From: Octopus vulgaris
Lineage: Eukaryota
Direction of reading: 5' to 3'
Assembly (NCBI GenBank): GCA_951406725.2
Contig: OX597829.1
Span: 51,088,001 to 51,152,000, forward strand
DNA: 64,000 nucleotides
The notes under the pieces are model-generated. The model saw nothing but the letters and a program-made list of their open reading frames with translations, was not told the origin of the DNA and made no database searches. A program made the position numbers and the translations under genes. Positions 40,443-53,027 of the stretch are shown piece by piece (the stretch's first letter is position 1; the number at the start of each line of letters is the position of its first letter).

Positions 40443-41060
40443 AGTTGTGATATCTGTGCCGGTGGCACGTAAAAAGCACCATCCGAACATAGCCTGCGCC
40501 AGCGCCGCCTCGACTGGCTTCCGTGCCAGTGGAACATATAAAGCACCAACCAATCGTGGTACGTAAAAAGCACCCACTACACTCACGGAGTGGTTGGCGT
40601 TAGGAAGGGCATCCAGCTATAGAAACACTGCCAGATCAGACTGGAGCCTGGTGCGCCTCCTGGCTTCCCAAACCCCAGTCGAACCATCCAACCCATGCTA
40701 GCATGGAAAACGGATGTTAAACGATGATGATTATCACCAACTTTCTGCCTGTTCTTCTCATTCACTTCTCTATTTTCCTCTACTTTGCTGTTTTACAAAA
40801 GCCATAAAGGCCACAAATTTCTACTTCTTTCATCTGAAATACAAGATTTTTGTACCTTGTCAATTACGAGGGAGGCAGCATTTATTTAGTTTTTTTGTGA
40901 CGGCTTGTACAGCAAGAAATAAGTTTCCAAGTTCAGTGCCCTTCTAAAAGATATACACAACCTCTTTTCCTACATATATTAAATTCATAGAAATATGTTT
41001 ATATTGTAGTATGTCCAGCAAGTAATTGATGAAAAAGACTTTACTGAAATTGCACATATA

Positions 41061-41432
41061 GGCGCAGGAGTGACTGTGTGGTAAGTAGCTTGCTTACCAA
41101 CCACATGGTTCTGGGTTTAGTCCCACTGCATGGCACCTTGGGCAAGTGTCTTCTACTATAGCCTCAGGCCGACCAAAGCCTTGTGAGTGGATTTGGTAGA
41201 CGGAAATTGAAAGAAGGTCATTGTATATATGTATGTGTGTCTTTGTTTCTTCCCCCAACATCGCTTGACAACCAATGCTGGTGTGTTTACATCCCCATAA
41301 CTTAGCGGTTCAGCAAAAGAGACCGATAGAATAAGTACTAGGCTTACAAAGAATAAGTCCTGAGGTTGATTTGCTCGACTAAAGGTGGTGCTCCAGCATG
41401 GCCACAGTCAAATGACTGAAACAAATAAAAGA
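41061..41432 (+). mobile_element. tRNA-derived CORE-like SINE
   Basis: Full head-to-tail match to the family. Confidence 0.85.
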
Positions 41433-41507
41433 ATAATAAAACGAATATACTTATACTCATGTTTTTGAGTTCTGTTTTTCCTGTTCATATTGCCACCCCT
41501 ATATATA

Positions 41508-41538
<31 letters not shown>

Positions 41539-42390
41539 AGATATAGTTAGATAGATAGATAGAGAGATAGGTATTGATTATTTTTTTTTCCTTTTGGTTG
41601 TTGTTGCTTATTTTTGTTGCTGCTTATTTATTGTTGTTGCTTATTTTTATTAAAAACCCAAAACACTGTCATGGTAATTCCTTTTACAAAATTGTTGGCA
41701 TAAGTTTCCAGAATCTAATTATAGAATACAGTTGTCAAAAACCCTTTATGAGGTTTTATGTCGGGTGTTAAGTGACAAGACATGAAGTGCCACCAAATAT
41801 TCGGTTACATGCAATTTTACATTCAGCATTCAGATCTCACTCCTCAAAGTTGGCTTTCCCTTTCCCTACTATCCATCTGGATTTGATAAATATATGTACC
41901 AGTCAAATATTGGGGTCATTTCCAGCCTAGTGCTAATGTTATGAATCATTAAAATATGCCGAAGATAAAATATGATGTTATATCTGATTTCTTATGCCCG
42001 TAACTGGTAAAGATATACAGTTCTTTAAATGTTTAAACGTACATGTGAGTTTTGTTGGTTAGCGCTTTTGGGCACGGATCATACTGACCTATATAGATTT
42101 CGGTGCTACTTACAACAGCATGTTTGGTTAGTAAACAGGATTGGCAGCAACATCTCTCGCAGGCAATGGTTTCTTCGTATTCTTGTTGAAGAAATAATGT
42201 TTTTAAACAATATACATACATCCCTGTATGCACACACACTCACACTTACACTTATAAATATATACACATAAATATATATACATACACATAGGCACGCATA
42301 AATATATATACATATATATATATGTATATATATATGTGTGTGTGTGTTGCTTTCAATTAATTTAAAATATAACATATTTATGTTATATAT

Positions 42391-42423
<33 letters not shown>

Positions 42424-42529
42424 CATAAATATATATATATATATATATAACACACATATATATATACACACACACACATATATATATATATAAATATATA
42501 TATATATACACACACACATATATATACAT

Positions 42530-42700
42530 ACATACATATACATGTGTCTACATATATAAACACACACACACATATATATATATACATACATACATATACA
42601 TGTGTCTACATATATAAACACACACACACATATATATATATACATACATACATATACATGTGTCTACATATATAAACACACATGCACATATATATATACA
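42530..42700. repeat. Higher-order compound microsatellite, about three ~58-bp units
   Basis: CATACATATATACATGTGTCTACATATATAAACACAC repeated three times. Confidence 0.8.
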
Positions 42701-42933
42701 TACACAGATAGATAGACCAGCTTCAATTAAGCAAAAGATTCAAAGGTTTTCACAGAATCTTTTAGAAATATGATACTTGCAGATGTTAAGAAACATCAGA
42801 AAATAACTAAATGGGTACATAATTCATTCGATCAAAATTCTTCAAGACATGGCCACAGTCTAATGACTGAAACAAGTAAAAGAAAAATGTAAATAAATAC
42901 ATAAATAAACTAGGAGGTTCGTTTCATAAGCAT

Positions 42934-43408
42934 TTAACCCTTTCGTTACCAACCTGGCTGAAACCACTTCTGGCTCTGTTGTACAAATGCCTTGTTTTCA
43001 TAAATTTTGAATTAAAATCTTCCACCAAACCTTAGTCACAATTTATGTTCCTAACACTAGCTGAATGATAACTAAGTTATTTTACTAAATTCTTTGTTAT
43101 ATTTAAAATAATTGAAAGAAACACAGAGCATCTCAACAGGAATATGGTAACAAAAGGGTTAAAATAGAGAAACAATTCTTAACCCTTTCGTTACCAACCT
43201 GGCTGAAACTGGCTCTGACTCTGTAGTACAAATGTTTTGTTTTCATAAGTTTTGAATTAAAATCTTCCACCAAACCTTAGTCACAATTTATGTTCCTAAC
43301 ACTAGCTTAATGATAACTAATTTATTTTACTAAATTCTTTGTTATATTTAAAAGTAATTGAAAGCAACACAGAGCATCTCAATAGAAATACAGTAACAAA
43401 AGGGTTAA
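42934..43408. mobile_element. piggyBac-like MITE dimer
   Basis: Two TTAA-bounded units joined by AATAGAGAAACAATTC, a shortened form of the same spacer. Confidence 0.85.
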
Positions 43409-43914
43409 GTTGAAATTGTTTGTGATTTCTCTTGTTGGTAGAAGGACAAATTTGCAGGAAAGGGAATTCAACAGCATTGAACCAAGTCTGTATCTTAGAT
43501 CAAGATCAATAGGATTTAAACTAAGGAATGAATGTAAAGGAACAATATTAAGCAGTTGAGAAAACATTTGGTCCAGTTCTACCATTTTTGGATATTCTAG
43601 TGTCAAGATTGATATTTCAAAAGGAACTTGCCAAGCCTTTTTTTCTTTTTTGAAAATTTTTTTTATCACAAGTGTGTCGCCTTTCCCTCCTGCCCCCCCC
43701 CCCCGACTTGGATCTTCATAACTTTATGAAGAATGGAAAGTTATCCAAAATTCCTTATATACAAAAACATACACCTATACACACACATAAAGGTTTCGTT
43801 ACAAATTCTGATGTAATTTGTAATCTGCACTATCTAAAAACTATTTGTAGAAAATGTCATTAAAAGAATCTATTTTTCAGAAAGTTATGAAGAAACAAAA
43901 TTGGCTGTGAGAGA

Positions 43915-44140
43915 AACACATTTGTGGGTTAACCTGCAGTTTACCATTGTGAAAAAAATGAAAGTAAATTGTCCTAAAAGAAGTAAAGATAGTAACTAAA
44001 TTGTGATAGAAACCGTAAGTGGTGAGACTATAGAAGGACTATGGATGCTCGCCAAAAAGAAACTTCGACGACAGTGTGAGACTACTGTTGATTTATTTAC
44101 ATAATATCTTCGTGAGCATGTGTGATGAAACAAATTTAGT
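43915..44140 (+). pseudogene. Merlin (IS1595-like) transposase C-terminal fragment
   Basis: HLWVN upstream, then TIEGLWMLAKKKLRRQCETTVDLFT*YLREHV, matching HxxVNH...TIExxWxxxK...YLxEF. Confidence 0.75.
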
Positions 44141-44266
44141 GAAGTACTGTAATAACTCGACTATCGCGGGTGTTACGTTCCAAAACTCCCTGCGATAGGT
44201 GAAAATCCGCGAAGTAGAAACAGTACTGTACTGTATTTTTTTTTCTGTTATTTATATAATTTGTAT

Positions 44267-44527
44267 ATATTCTGTTGTGTCTGGGGAGAGTCATTCCCTT
44301 TTTGTGCCTTATAATTCAACACACTCACCGGTAAAATTTGAAAAGGTTTGCAAGACGCAACGAAAATTTTAGGAAAATAAAAATAAGAAATAAGTGGAAA
44401 TTTTACCGGTGAGTGTGTTGAATTATAAGGCACAAAAAGAGAATGACTCTCCCCAGACACAACAGAATATGCTTCAACACACGAACTCATATAAAGAATC
44501 TTGCAAACCAAATCCAAAAACGAAATA
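44267..44527. mobile_element. Penelope-like inverted pLTR fragment with U3-A8 hammerhead remnant in the loop
   Basis: ~73-bp arms (44267-44339 and 44398-44470) around TTGAAAAGGTTTGCAAGACGCAACGAAAATTTTAGG. Confidence 0.65.
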
Positions 44528-44900
44528 TCTTTATATATATAAAAGTCAAGTTGTGTGTCTGTCTCCTACGATTTAGATTCCTAACTACTCCCACATTTTG
44601 CGGTGCAGTTTAACCAAAACCGGGTATCTTATAGTCATGATTCATATCGAGCCCTTCTGGGTATTAGCGCGCGTCTACGATGAGTCTACGATTTTAAAAC
44701 AAAATTACCATAATTTTTCTATTTTAATGCATTTTTTCGCTATTATATAAGGGAAGTAACTCTCTAAAAATGTCTACGATGAGTCAACGATTTTTTAAAA
44801 AAATTACCATTTTTTTGCTATTTTTTGGCTATAACTCTCTAAAAATGCTTATATAGTTATTTCCCTTACAAACTCGAGCGACGCCGGGCGATACTGCTAG
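44528..44900 (+). mobile_element. Non-autonomous Helitron
   Basis: A|TC...CTCGAGCGACGCCGGG...CTAG|T; homologous to 4212-4597. Confidence 0.85.
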
Positions 44901-45974
44901 TATTGTATATATTTATTTTATTATAAATGCAACACAACACCATGGAGGAGGAATCGACGTAAGCTTAAAAGATGAACCGCGAAATGGCGAAGGGATTACT
45001 GTATCCACGAATCCCATTTCGTGCATCTATGACACTTAGGTTTTCTCTCACACGCGATTGTGTTCATCTTGTATAAAATATGCGGTTTTCGTGTTCTATT
45101 AAAATCTATGTACGTTCTTGCATGCTGCTTTTTGTCACATACATTTGTTTACGTGAATTGATAGGATGTCACTGTCACCACTTCTGGTTTTCTGCTGTAA
45201 TTTATTTTCACACTTTCATAAACTGTAAACTGCATGTTAACCAACTTATAGTCGTGCCGATTTTTAATGGCAAAATTTAAGGCTTTCTGTGAAGCATGCA
45301 GAGAGAATTATTAAGGCATCTTGTAGTCACAGGAACTCTGAACCATAATGTTCGGGGGAAGAAATGTGGATCTGAATTAAATCAGTTCGTTTGATTATAA
45401 GCAAATATTATATAGAAAATGCAATACACATCAAGAAGACAATGAAATTGCCGAGTGGTTTCGCTTCTGATCATATCTTCAGATCTCGACACATTCTAAA
45501 TAATCTTTGTGGCTATATTTAAGTACAATCTCACCTCGACTTACATCATTTCTGGTTACATCTTTTTCGACTTTATGTCGGGTTTTTTTAAGAGATTAAT
45601 GTGGTGGTGGTTGGGGAAATAAACTTCAACTTCAATTGATTACGTCGGTCTCATGAATATATTTAAAAGCATAAAAAATTGGGGTCGGGGAGGGGGGAAT
45701 CACCTAAAGAAACACCTATAGAAGTAGATATTCAAACAAAATCCCACATGTGAAAATATGTATTTATTAAAATTGACGTAAGCTGATAAATTTTTTAATG
45801 TGTTTTTTTGGCGTTATATCGTTTTTCGAATTGAGTCGAACTAAGTTGAGCTATTCCTTGTGCGTGTGTGTAAATATGTAGGAACTATCTTATTAAAACA
45901 GACATGAGGTAATAAATTTTTTAAATTGTGTTTTCAAGTTATGTCGACCGAAGATGAGTATTGTAAGGTATATG

Positions 45975-46203
45975 GAGCTGGCAGAAACGTTAGCATGCCG
46001 GGCGAAATGCTTAGCGGTATTTCGTCTGCGTTACGTTGTGAGTTCAAATTCCGCCGAGGTCGACTTTGCCTTTCATCCTTTCAGGGTCGATAAGTTAAGT
46101 ACCAGTTACGCACTGGGGTCGATGTAATCGACTTAATCCGTTTGTCTGTCCTTGTTTGTCCCTTCTGTGTTTAGCCCCTTGTGGGTAATAAAGAAATAGG
46201 TAT
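45975..46203 (+). mobile_element. Meta-domain-like SINE with Tx1-like tail
   Basis: GAGCTGGCAGAA head, GAGTTCAAATTCC B-box, TTTGCCTTTCATCCTTTCAGGGTCGATAA, tail GCCCCTTGTGGGTAATAAAGAAAT. Confidence 0.8.
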
Positions 46204-46255
46204 ATGGAGTGAAATGATTAAGCTTTCGAAAACATGTGGAATGAATAACAGTTAA

Positions 46256-46351
46256 AGGGCAGAGGTAAATAATACGTACACCACCCGTTTTCGGCGTAAC
46301 AAAATCCCTAACCCTAAACACCGGGTGTACGTATTCTTTACTTTCGTCCCC
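46256..46351. mobile_element. 96-bp TTAA-flanked MITE (Kolobok-like) with internal CCCTAA repeats
   Basis: TTAA|AGGG..GTAAATAATACGTACACC ... GGTGTACGTATTCTTTAC..CCCC|TTAA. Confidence 0.55.
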
Positions 46352-47916
46352 TTAAAGTAGTTAAGGGGTCGGCAACGGGAAGAATATCTCGCTGTAAAGT
46401 CCTGTGTAAATGTCCCTCGTATAACCGACCTAATCCAACCTAGTCTGCGTTAGTCTGAATAAACGGAGGTTAAACCAACGAAACTAAGATTGGATGAAGA
46501 CCTCTCTTTTTCTCTCACCTCCTCCACATAAATACATCCATGCATGGTTGTGTGGTTGAAAAGCTTGCTTTCCAACTATATGGTCTTGGATTCAGTCCTA
46601 CTGCGTCACCTTGGGCAGGTATCTTCTGCTAAAGCCCTTGGGCCGATCAAAGCCTTGCGAGTGGGTTTGATAAGTAGAAAACGTATAGAAGTCAGACGAA
46701 TGCGTGTGTGTGTTCATTGACAACCAGTGTTGGTTTGTTTACGACACCGTACCTTTGGGGTTTGGCATAGAAGCTAATAGAACAAGTACCAAACTTTAAA
46801 AAAAAGGTGGGGTGCTGAGGTCGATTTGTCTGACTAAACCATTCAAGGCAATACTCAAGCATGGCCGTAGTTCAATGGCTGAAACAAATAAAGGATATAA
46901 AGATTATGTTCGTTTCATGCCGAGTATTGCAGTCCTGATGTCACGAAACCAACGATAACATTCGGACAAATGTTATATTTTGTTACAAGTAATATATCGT
47001 TTTGACGATTTAAAAAAATATATTACTAATATTGATGGTACTTTAGTTGCAGACTTAAAGATGACTAAATGGTAATATATATATATGTCCTCTTCTGTTT
47101 TTAATCATTTGAAGTCTTCTTCTTGTAAAGAAGGGGTTGGCTTCTAACAAAGATACAAAGCTCCAATGCTGGAATGTAGTTAACAAGAGTAAATTCAAAT
47201 TTTGAACTTGAGAAAAGTCTTGCATATTTTTACTGTTCCATTTAAAGATTGCATTTGTAATGTGTGAGTCAGTCGATTGGTTTCTCTTCCTGAAAACCCC
47301 TAACTTATCCATATTGTCACTTGGACATTTATTCACAGAAACCAAGTTCAATTATTATTGATAGAAATGTGAATTTATAATCTGGATTTAGAAGCGATTT
47401 TCGAAGAGATGTTCACATCAGCAGATCCATTGATATTCATGATGGTTCATACTATTTCTAGTCTGTCCCATATAACGATATCCGATCTGTTATGTACGTT
47501 ATCGTTAGAACTATCATCGCTACTCTCTCTATTACCTTCAATTAATTGCATCGTGGAATTAATTCGTGACTGACCGACTACTATTTTTGTTGTTTTATCT
47601 CAAAGCAGGAACTAATACGCAATATAATTCGCATATCTAACGAGAACAAGAAAATAATGTCTGTATTAAATTAATAGGAATAAATTTGATGCATTACAAG
47701 CAGTGAAAACAAAATGTACAGTGTGATTTTTATTTAGACAAAAATGTTTGAATCAATATGTTACATTTTATAGTTGGTTAATAATAGATGCTTCTGTTAT
47801 AGTTTCTAAAAGTTCTTAATTCTAAATAGAGTTCAAAGACATTCAGAGAAGACAACCTAGGAAACAAACAAACAAAAAAAATGTTTTCCAAAGAAAAAGT
47901 TCGATGGAATGAAATA

Positions 47917-48078
47917 GGCGCAGGAGTGGCTGTGTGGTAAGTAGCTTGCTAACCAACCACATGGTTGCGGGTTCAGTCCCACTGCGTGGCATCTTGGGCA
48001 AGTGTCTTCTGTTATAGCCCCGGGCCGACCAATGCCTTGTGAGTGGATTTGGTAGACGGAAACTGAAAGAAGCCTGTC

Positions 48079-48115
<37 letters not shown>

Positions 48116-48320
48116 GTGTGTGTGTTTGTCCCCCTAGTATTGCTTGACAACCGATGCTGGTGTGTTTACGTCCCCGTCACTTAGCGGTTCGGCAAAGGAG
48201 ACCGATAGAATAAGTACTGGACTTACAAAAGAATAAGTCCCGGGGTCGATTTGATCGACTAAAGGCGGTGCTCCAGCATGGCCGCAGTCAAATGACTGAA
48301 ACAAGTAAAAGAGTAAAGAG
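47917..48320 (+). mobile_element. Young tRNA-derived CORE-like SINE
   Basis: Full length with CpGs retained; near-identical inverted copy at 49465-49864. Confidence 0.9.
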
Positions 48321-48784
48321 TATGTGAATGAGTGAATGAAATAGAATTGAAGGGAAGCAAATTTACTGCACAGCAACAAAAGATGAGCTGCAGAGTTATT
48401 AAGATGCTTGTAGTTTACTATAAAGGAACAAACTAAATATCTGAGGTATGCCTTGAAATAAAACGGGTTGTATACGATTATTTTATACTCCTATATATAA
48501 TCATATCAGTTTCTGTACATAGCTTTGCAATGTTTTTCTCGTAATTTTTGCAAGGAAGCTGCAGTGGAGTGATTTTTCCGTTGCTTTCTCGAGCTAGACA
48601 TGAAAACTTTCAGAAGGAAGAAGTGCAGGGTGGGGTGGGGTGAGAACTCTAACAACAACTTAATTAACGGCGTAAGTGAAGTGGAATTTACTTGCCACAA
48701 ATGCAAATCGAAACACGCTCGCACTTATAAAAAAAACAAAAAAACAGAAAGTCGACGAGGATGTTGGATGTTTCAATGATTTAT

Positions 48785-49325
48785 TCTTTTATACTTGTTT
48801 CAGTCATTTTGACTGCGGCCATGCTGGAGCACCGCCTTTTTAGTCGAAGAAATCAACCCCAGGACTTATGTAAGCACCAACATCGGTTGTCAAGGGATGG
48901 TGGGGGGATTAACACATACATATATAGATATATATATACACACACATATATACATAGGTGAAGTGGCTGTGTAGTAAGTAGCTTGCTTAAAAGCCACATG
49001 GGTTCAGTCCCACTGCATGGCACCTTGGGCAAGTGTCTTAGCCTCGAGCTGACCAAAGCCTTGTGGATTCTAAGCTTACAAAGAATAAGTCCTGGGGTTT
49101 GCTCGACTAAAGGCGGTGCTCCAGTATGGTCACAGTCAAATGACTGAAACAAGTAAAAGAGTACACAGACGATGGGCTTCGTTCAGTTTCCGTCTATCAA
49201 ATCCACTCACAAGGTTGTGGTTGGCCCGAGGCTACAGTAGAAGACACCCAAGGTGCCGCACAGTGGGGCTGAACCAGGAACCATGTGGTTGGAAAGCAAG
49301 CTTCTTACCACACAGCCACTCCTGT
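48785..49325. mobile_element. SINE nested in SINE (- outer copy, + deleted inner copy at ~48955-49160)
   Basis: Outer tail and head flank an opposite-strand copy sitting in the (TA/CA)n spacer. Confidence 0.7.
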
Positions 49326-49464
49326 GTGCCTTCTAATTATATATTTGGAACCCCCCTTTCTTTCTCACACACAACTAAAATGCGGCGGGAAACATTTTTC
49401 TCAGGCAGTTCTATCGTTCGCGCACCCACAGTCGGGCGAAACTTGGAGATTATGTGTGTCCCAG

Positions 49465-49864
49465 TTTACTCTTTTACTCATTTACTTGTTTCAGTCATTT
49501 GACTGCGGCCATGCTGGAGCACCGCCTTTAGTCGAGCAAATCGACCCCGGGACTTATTCTTTGTAAGCCCAGTACTTATTCTATCGGTCTCTTTTGCCGA
49601 ACCGCTTAAGTGACGGGGACGTAAACACACCAGCATCAGTTGTCAAGCAATGCTAGGGGGACAAACACAGACACGCAAACACACATATATATACATATAT
49701 ACCACGGGCTTCTTTCAGTTTCCGTCTACCAAATCCACTCACAAGGCATTGGTCGGCCCGGGGCTATAGCAGAAGACACTTGCCCAAGATGCCACGCAGT
49801 GGGACTGAACCCGGAACCATGTGGTTAGTAAGCAAGCTACTTACCACACAGCCACTCCCGCGCC
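49465..49864 (-). mobile_element. Young tRNA-derived CORE-like SINE
   Basis: Full-length reverse-complement match to 47917-48320. Confidence 0.9.
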
Positions 49865-50246
49865 TTTTTGTATTTTATGTTGTTCGATTTCGTTCTGCTC
49901 ACTACATTAAATAAGTTAACATTAATTAAATTGTTGTTTTCCGAGCGAATGGCATGCCTTGAATAAATTAACTTCAGAGTGATTTATTAAATTTAAACAT
50001 ACTAATTTTTTTAATACTTGCTCATGTATATGGTACATGTGTTTATTGAATCAATCGTCATAATAGCTAATACAGTAAATAAAGTCTATGGTTTTCTTCA
50101 TAGATTGAAACTTGTCGCGCGGGTTAAAAATATTAGCCGTTGAGCTGGTCTTTTCTTCACCACGTCGGTATTTCTAAACAGCATTGTTTTTATTAAAATT
50201 TTTAATGCTTATCATATTGTATATGTTTACATAAACTAGACATACT

Positions 50247-50681
50247 GGCAATCTTTCGTCTCTAGTAGACCTTTCCGTCGATTTCCGTAAAACTTTTTTT
50301 TTTTTTTTTTTTACATATGGGCTTGCGGGAACCTTTGAAGTAATGAGAGCGAAAGAGACTAAGAGAAAGCGATTTTATGACGAGGGAAGTTCTTTTGAAG
50401 TTACCGTGCATGGCAAGCATTGATGTACATGTGTGTGTGTGTGTTTGGTGGGGTGTGGGAGACAGACAGTATGTTGTGTAAGTGAAGTGCTTCTCTGTTA
50501 GTGTGTGTGAAGAGACAGAGAGAGTAATGTGTGAAAGAAAGAGATAACTGAAATTTTTTACTCGGTGTATGTGTATATGTATGTATATTACTTCAAAAGT
50601 TCCCGCAAGCCCATATAAAAAAAAAAAAAAAAATTTTTTACGGAAATCGACGGAAAGGTCTACTAGAGACGAAAGATCGCC
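50247..50681. mobile_element. Merlin-like MITE with ~98-bp TIRs
   Basis: GGCAATCTTTCGTCTCTAGTAGACC... / ...GGTCTACTAGAGACGAAAGATCGCC; 8-bp TSD GACATACT / GACATAAT; GG..CC termini. Confidence 0.8.
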
Positions 50682-51040
50682 GACATAATTTTAAATTCAC
50701 AAATTACATACAATAGGGAGTGTAACCAGTAACAAGCGCCACATACTCCTTTCTCAGTTTTTTTTTTCTTTTTCTTTTTTTTTTTTAATCCTTTCAACCG
50801 AGGTCATTTTGGCCTTCCACCCTTCTGGGATCGTTAAATAAATTACCAGTGGAATCACTGAACCCCTTTACTCCACTCAACACCTGATTTCTTATTTTCT
50901 CCTCACCTGTTTGAAACCATTACATTGCAAGTATTGCACCTTCATTTTGTACCTTTGCTTCACCTTTGGGAGTAAAAATTGGTCATCATAGTTGTTGTTG
51001 TTGTTGAGAGAGTCTAAAACATAGTCAGGTGGCAGATCTC

Positions 51041-51802
51041 TTACTCTTTTACTTGTTTCAGTCATTTGACTGCGGCCATGCTGGAGCACCACCTTTAGTC
51101 GAGCAAATCGACCCCGGGACTTATTCTTTGTAAGCCTAGTACTTATTCTATCTGTCTCTTTTGCCGAACCGCTTAGTAACGGGGACGTAAACACACCAGC
51201 ATCAGTTGTCAAGTAATGCTAGGGGGACAAACACAGACACGCAAACACACATATCATCATCATCATCATCATCATCATCATTTAGCGTCCGCTTTCCATG
51301 CTAGCATGGGTTGGACGGGTCAACTGGGGTCTGTGAAGCTGGAAGGCTTCGTGAGGCCCAGTCAGATCTGGCAGTGTTTCTACGGCTGGATGCCCTTCCT
51401 AACGCCAACCACTCCGCGAGTGTAGTGGGTGTTTTTACGTGCCACCTGCACAGGTGCGAGACAGAGCTGGCGAACGGCCACGAACGGATGGTGCTTTTAC
51501 GTGTCACCGGCACGGGGCCAGGCGATGCTGGCAACGGACACGAACAGATGGTGCTTTTACGTGCCACCGACACGGGGCCAGACAGGGCTGGCAAACGGCC
51601 ACGAACGGACGGTGCTTTTACGTGTCACCGGCACTGGGGCCAGCCGAGGCTGGCAACGGACGCGAACGGATGGTGCTTTTAAGGCATTGGTCGGCCCGAG
51701 GCTATAGCAGAAGACACTTGCCCAAGATGCCACGCAGTGGGACTGAACCCGGAACCATGTGGTTGGTTAGCAAGCTACTTACCACACAGCCACTCCAGTG
51801 CC
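51041..51802 (-). mobile_element. CORE-like SINE interrupted by an RTE-type 3' end (51253-51680) with four ~59-bp repeats
   Basis: SINE tail 51041-51250, (CAT)n, RTE-type core, repeated GAAC(G/A)GA(T/C)GGTGCTTTTA, SINE head 51681-51802. Confidence 0.85.
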
Positions 51803-52636
51803 TCCTTTTTTTTTTCAAGAAATTTTTCCTCAGCTTTCACCCGATTGTAATTGAAGTTGCTAATAAAATATCTGGATAATTTTGGTGGGTTTAACCAATC
51901 AGTATATTTTTCTGTTAGATTCCAAGTCAATTTTCCAGCACACTAATGTATAACTTAATAATTTCAATAAAATGAGGCAAAATGAGTAATGACTAATTTC
52001 AGTAAATTCTTTTCTTTATTGCATGATGGGAAAAGAGCCACTCCTGCAGTTAGTGAAAAAGTTAAAGAGAATATTTCGTGTCGAGGTTTAGATTTGGTTG
52101 AGTTTTATTAATTTCATATCATGTATCATTTTTCCATGATCCTTTTTCATTTAACCTAGATATTTAAAATTTTTGTTGCATTTCTGATTTTTCTGAATTT
52201 TGCTGATTTATATGAGTCTTTTCTCAAATGTAATTCTGGAGAATCGAAGCGGGAAATTTTCTTTATTTTGTCTTAGTCATTTTGCCCATCTAAATTTGTC
52301 TTTTATATACTCAAAGAGAACAGTGATAATTTTCTGGGATCTAGTTGGTTTGGCCACCAGCATTTCAAAAATTAGAGTTTATCAAAAATTTTAAAATTTG
52401 GCACACTAATATACTTTTCCAAGCTGAATTGCTGGAGTTAATTTACTTTTTCTAGAAAAATGTTTTTAAAACGTTATAAAGGTTTAAAGTTCAATCATAA
52501 TGTCAGAAAACAAGATTTGGAGGCTGTCATTTTGTGTGTAACTGCACGTTGTCAGCATTCTGAAAACAGCATGTGTTTTTATAAAAAAAACTGTAAACAA
52601 ATCAAATTATGCTAAACGTACAACATATAACCCCCT

Positions 52637-52819
52637 CTTTTACTTGTTTCAGTCATTTGACTGTGGCCATGCTGGAGCACCGCCTCTAGTTGAGCAAATT
52701 GACCCAGGGCTTATTCTTTGTAAGTCTAGTACTTATTCTATCGGTCTCTTTTTTGCCGAACTGCTTAGTTATGGGGATGTAAACACACCAGCATCGGTTG
52801 TCAAACGATGGTGTGGGGA

Positions 52820-52877
<58 letters not shown>

Positions 52878-53027
52878 CATATATATGACGGGCTTCTTTC
52901 AGTTTCCATCTACCAAATCCACTCACAAGGCTTTGGTCAGCCTGAGGCTATAGCAGAAGACACTTGCCCAAGGTACCACGCAGTGGGACTGAATCTGGAA
53001 ACATGTGGTTTGTAAGCAAGCTACTTA
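52637..53027 (-). mobile_element. tRNA-derived CORE-like SINE
   Basis: Family match with (CA)n spacer. Confidence 0.85.

Larger units (their letters stand above)
44147..45001. mobile_element. pogo/Tigger-like MITE hosting nested insertions
   Basis: TA-C(T)GTAATAACTCGACTATCGCGG ... CCGCGAAATGGCGAAGGGATTACTG-TA. Confidence 0.7.

Noticed and set aside
40738-40834. Minus-strand acceptor-like TCTTGTATTTCAG followed by ATG
   Set aside because: All three frames stop quickly and I recognise no homology; at most an untranslated exon, which needs RNA-seq
42113-42182. Minus-strand candidate exon ending in GTAAGT (EYEETIACERCCCQSCLLTKHAV)
   Set aside because: Weak acceptor, no recognisable protein, no partner exons identified
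45941-45973. ATG...AAG|GTATAT (MSTEDEYCK) as a possible first coding exon
   Set aside because: Too short, weak donor, no supporting downstream exon
47055-47560. Minus-strand ORFs in unique sequence
   Set aside because: Short, interrupted by stops, no motif I can recognise
47917-47990. tRNA-like A/B-box sequences here and in many other copies
   Set aside because: They are SINE heads that continue into CORE-like bodies; no intact cloverleaf seen
50104-50167. Segment between TTTTCTTCATAG and GTATTT in the CpG-retaining region
   Set aside because: Splice-like signals alone are common by chance; no coding support
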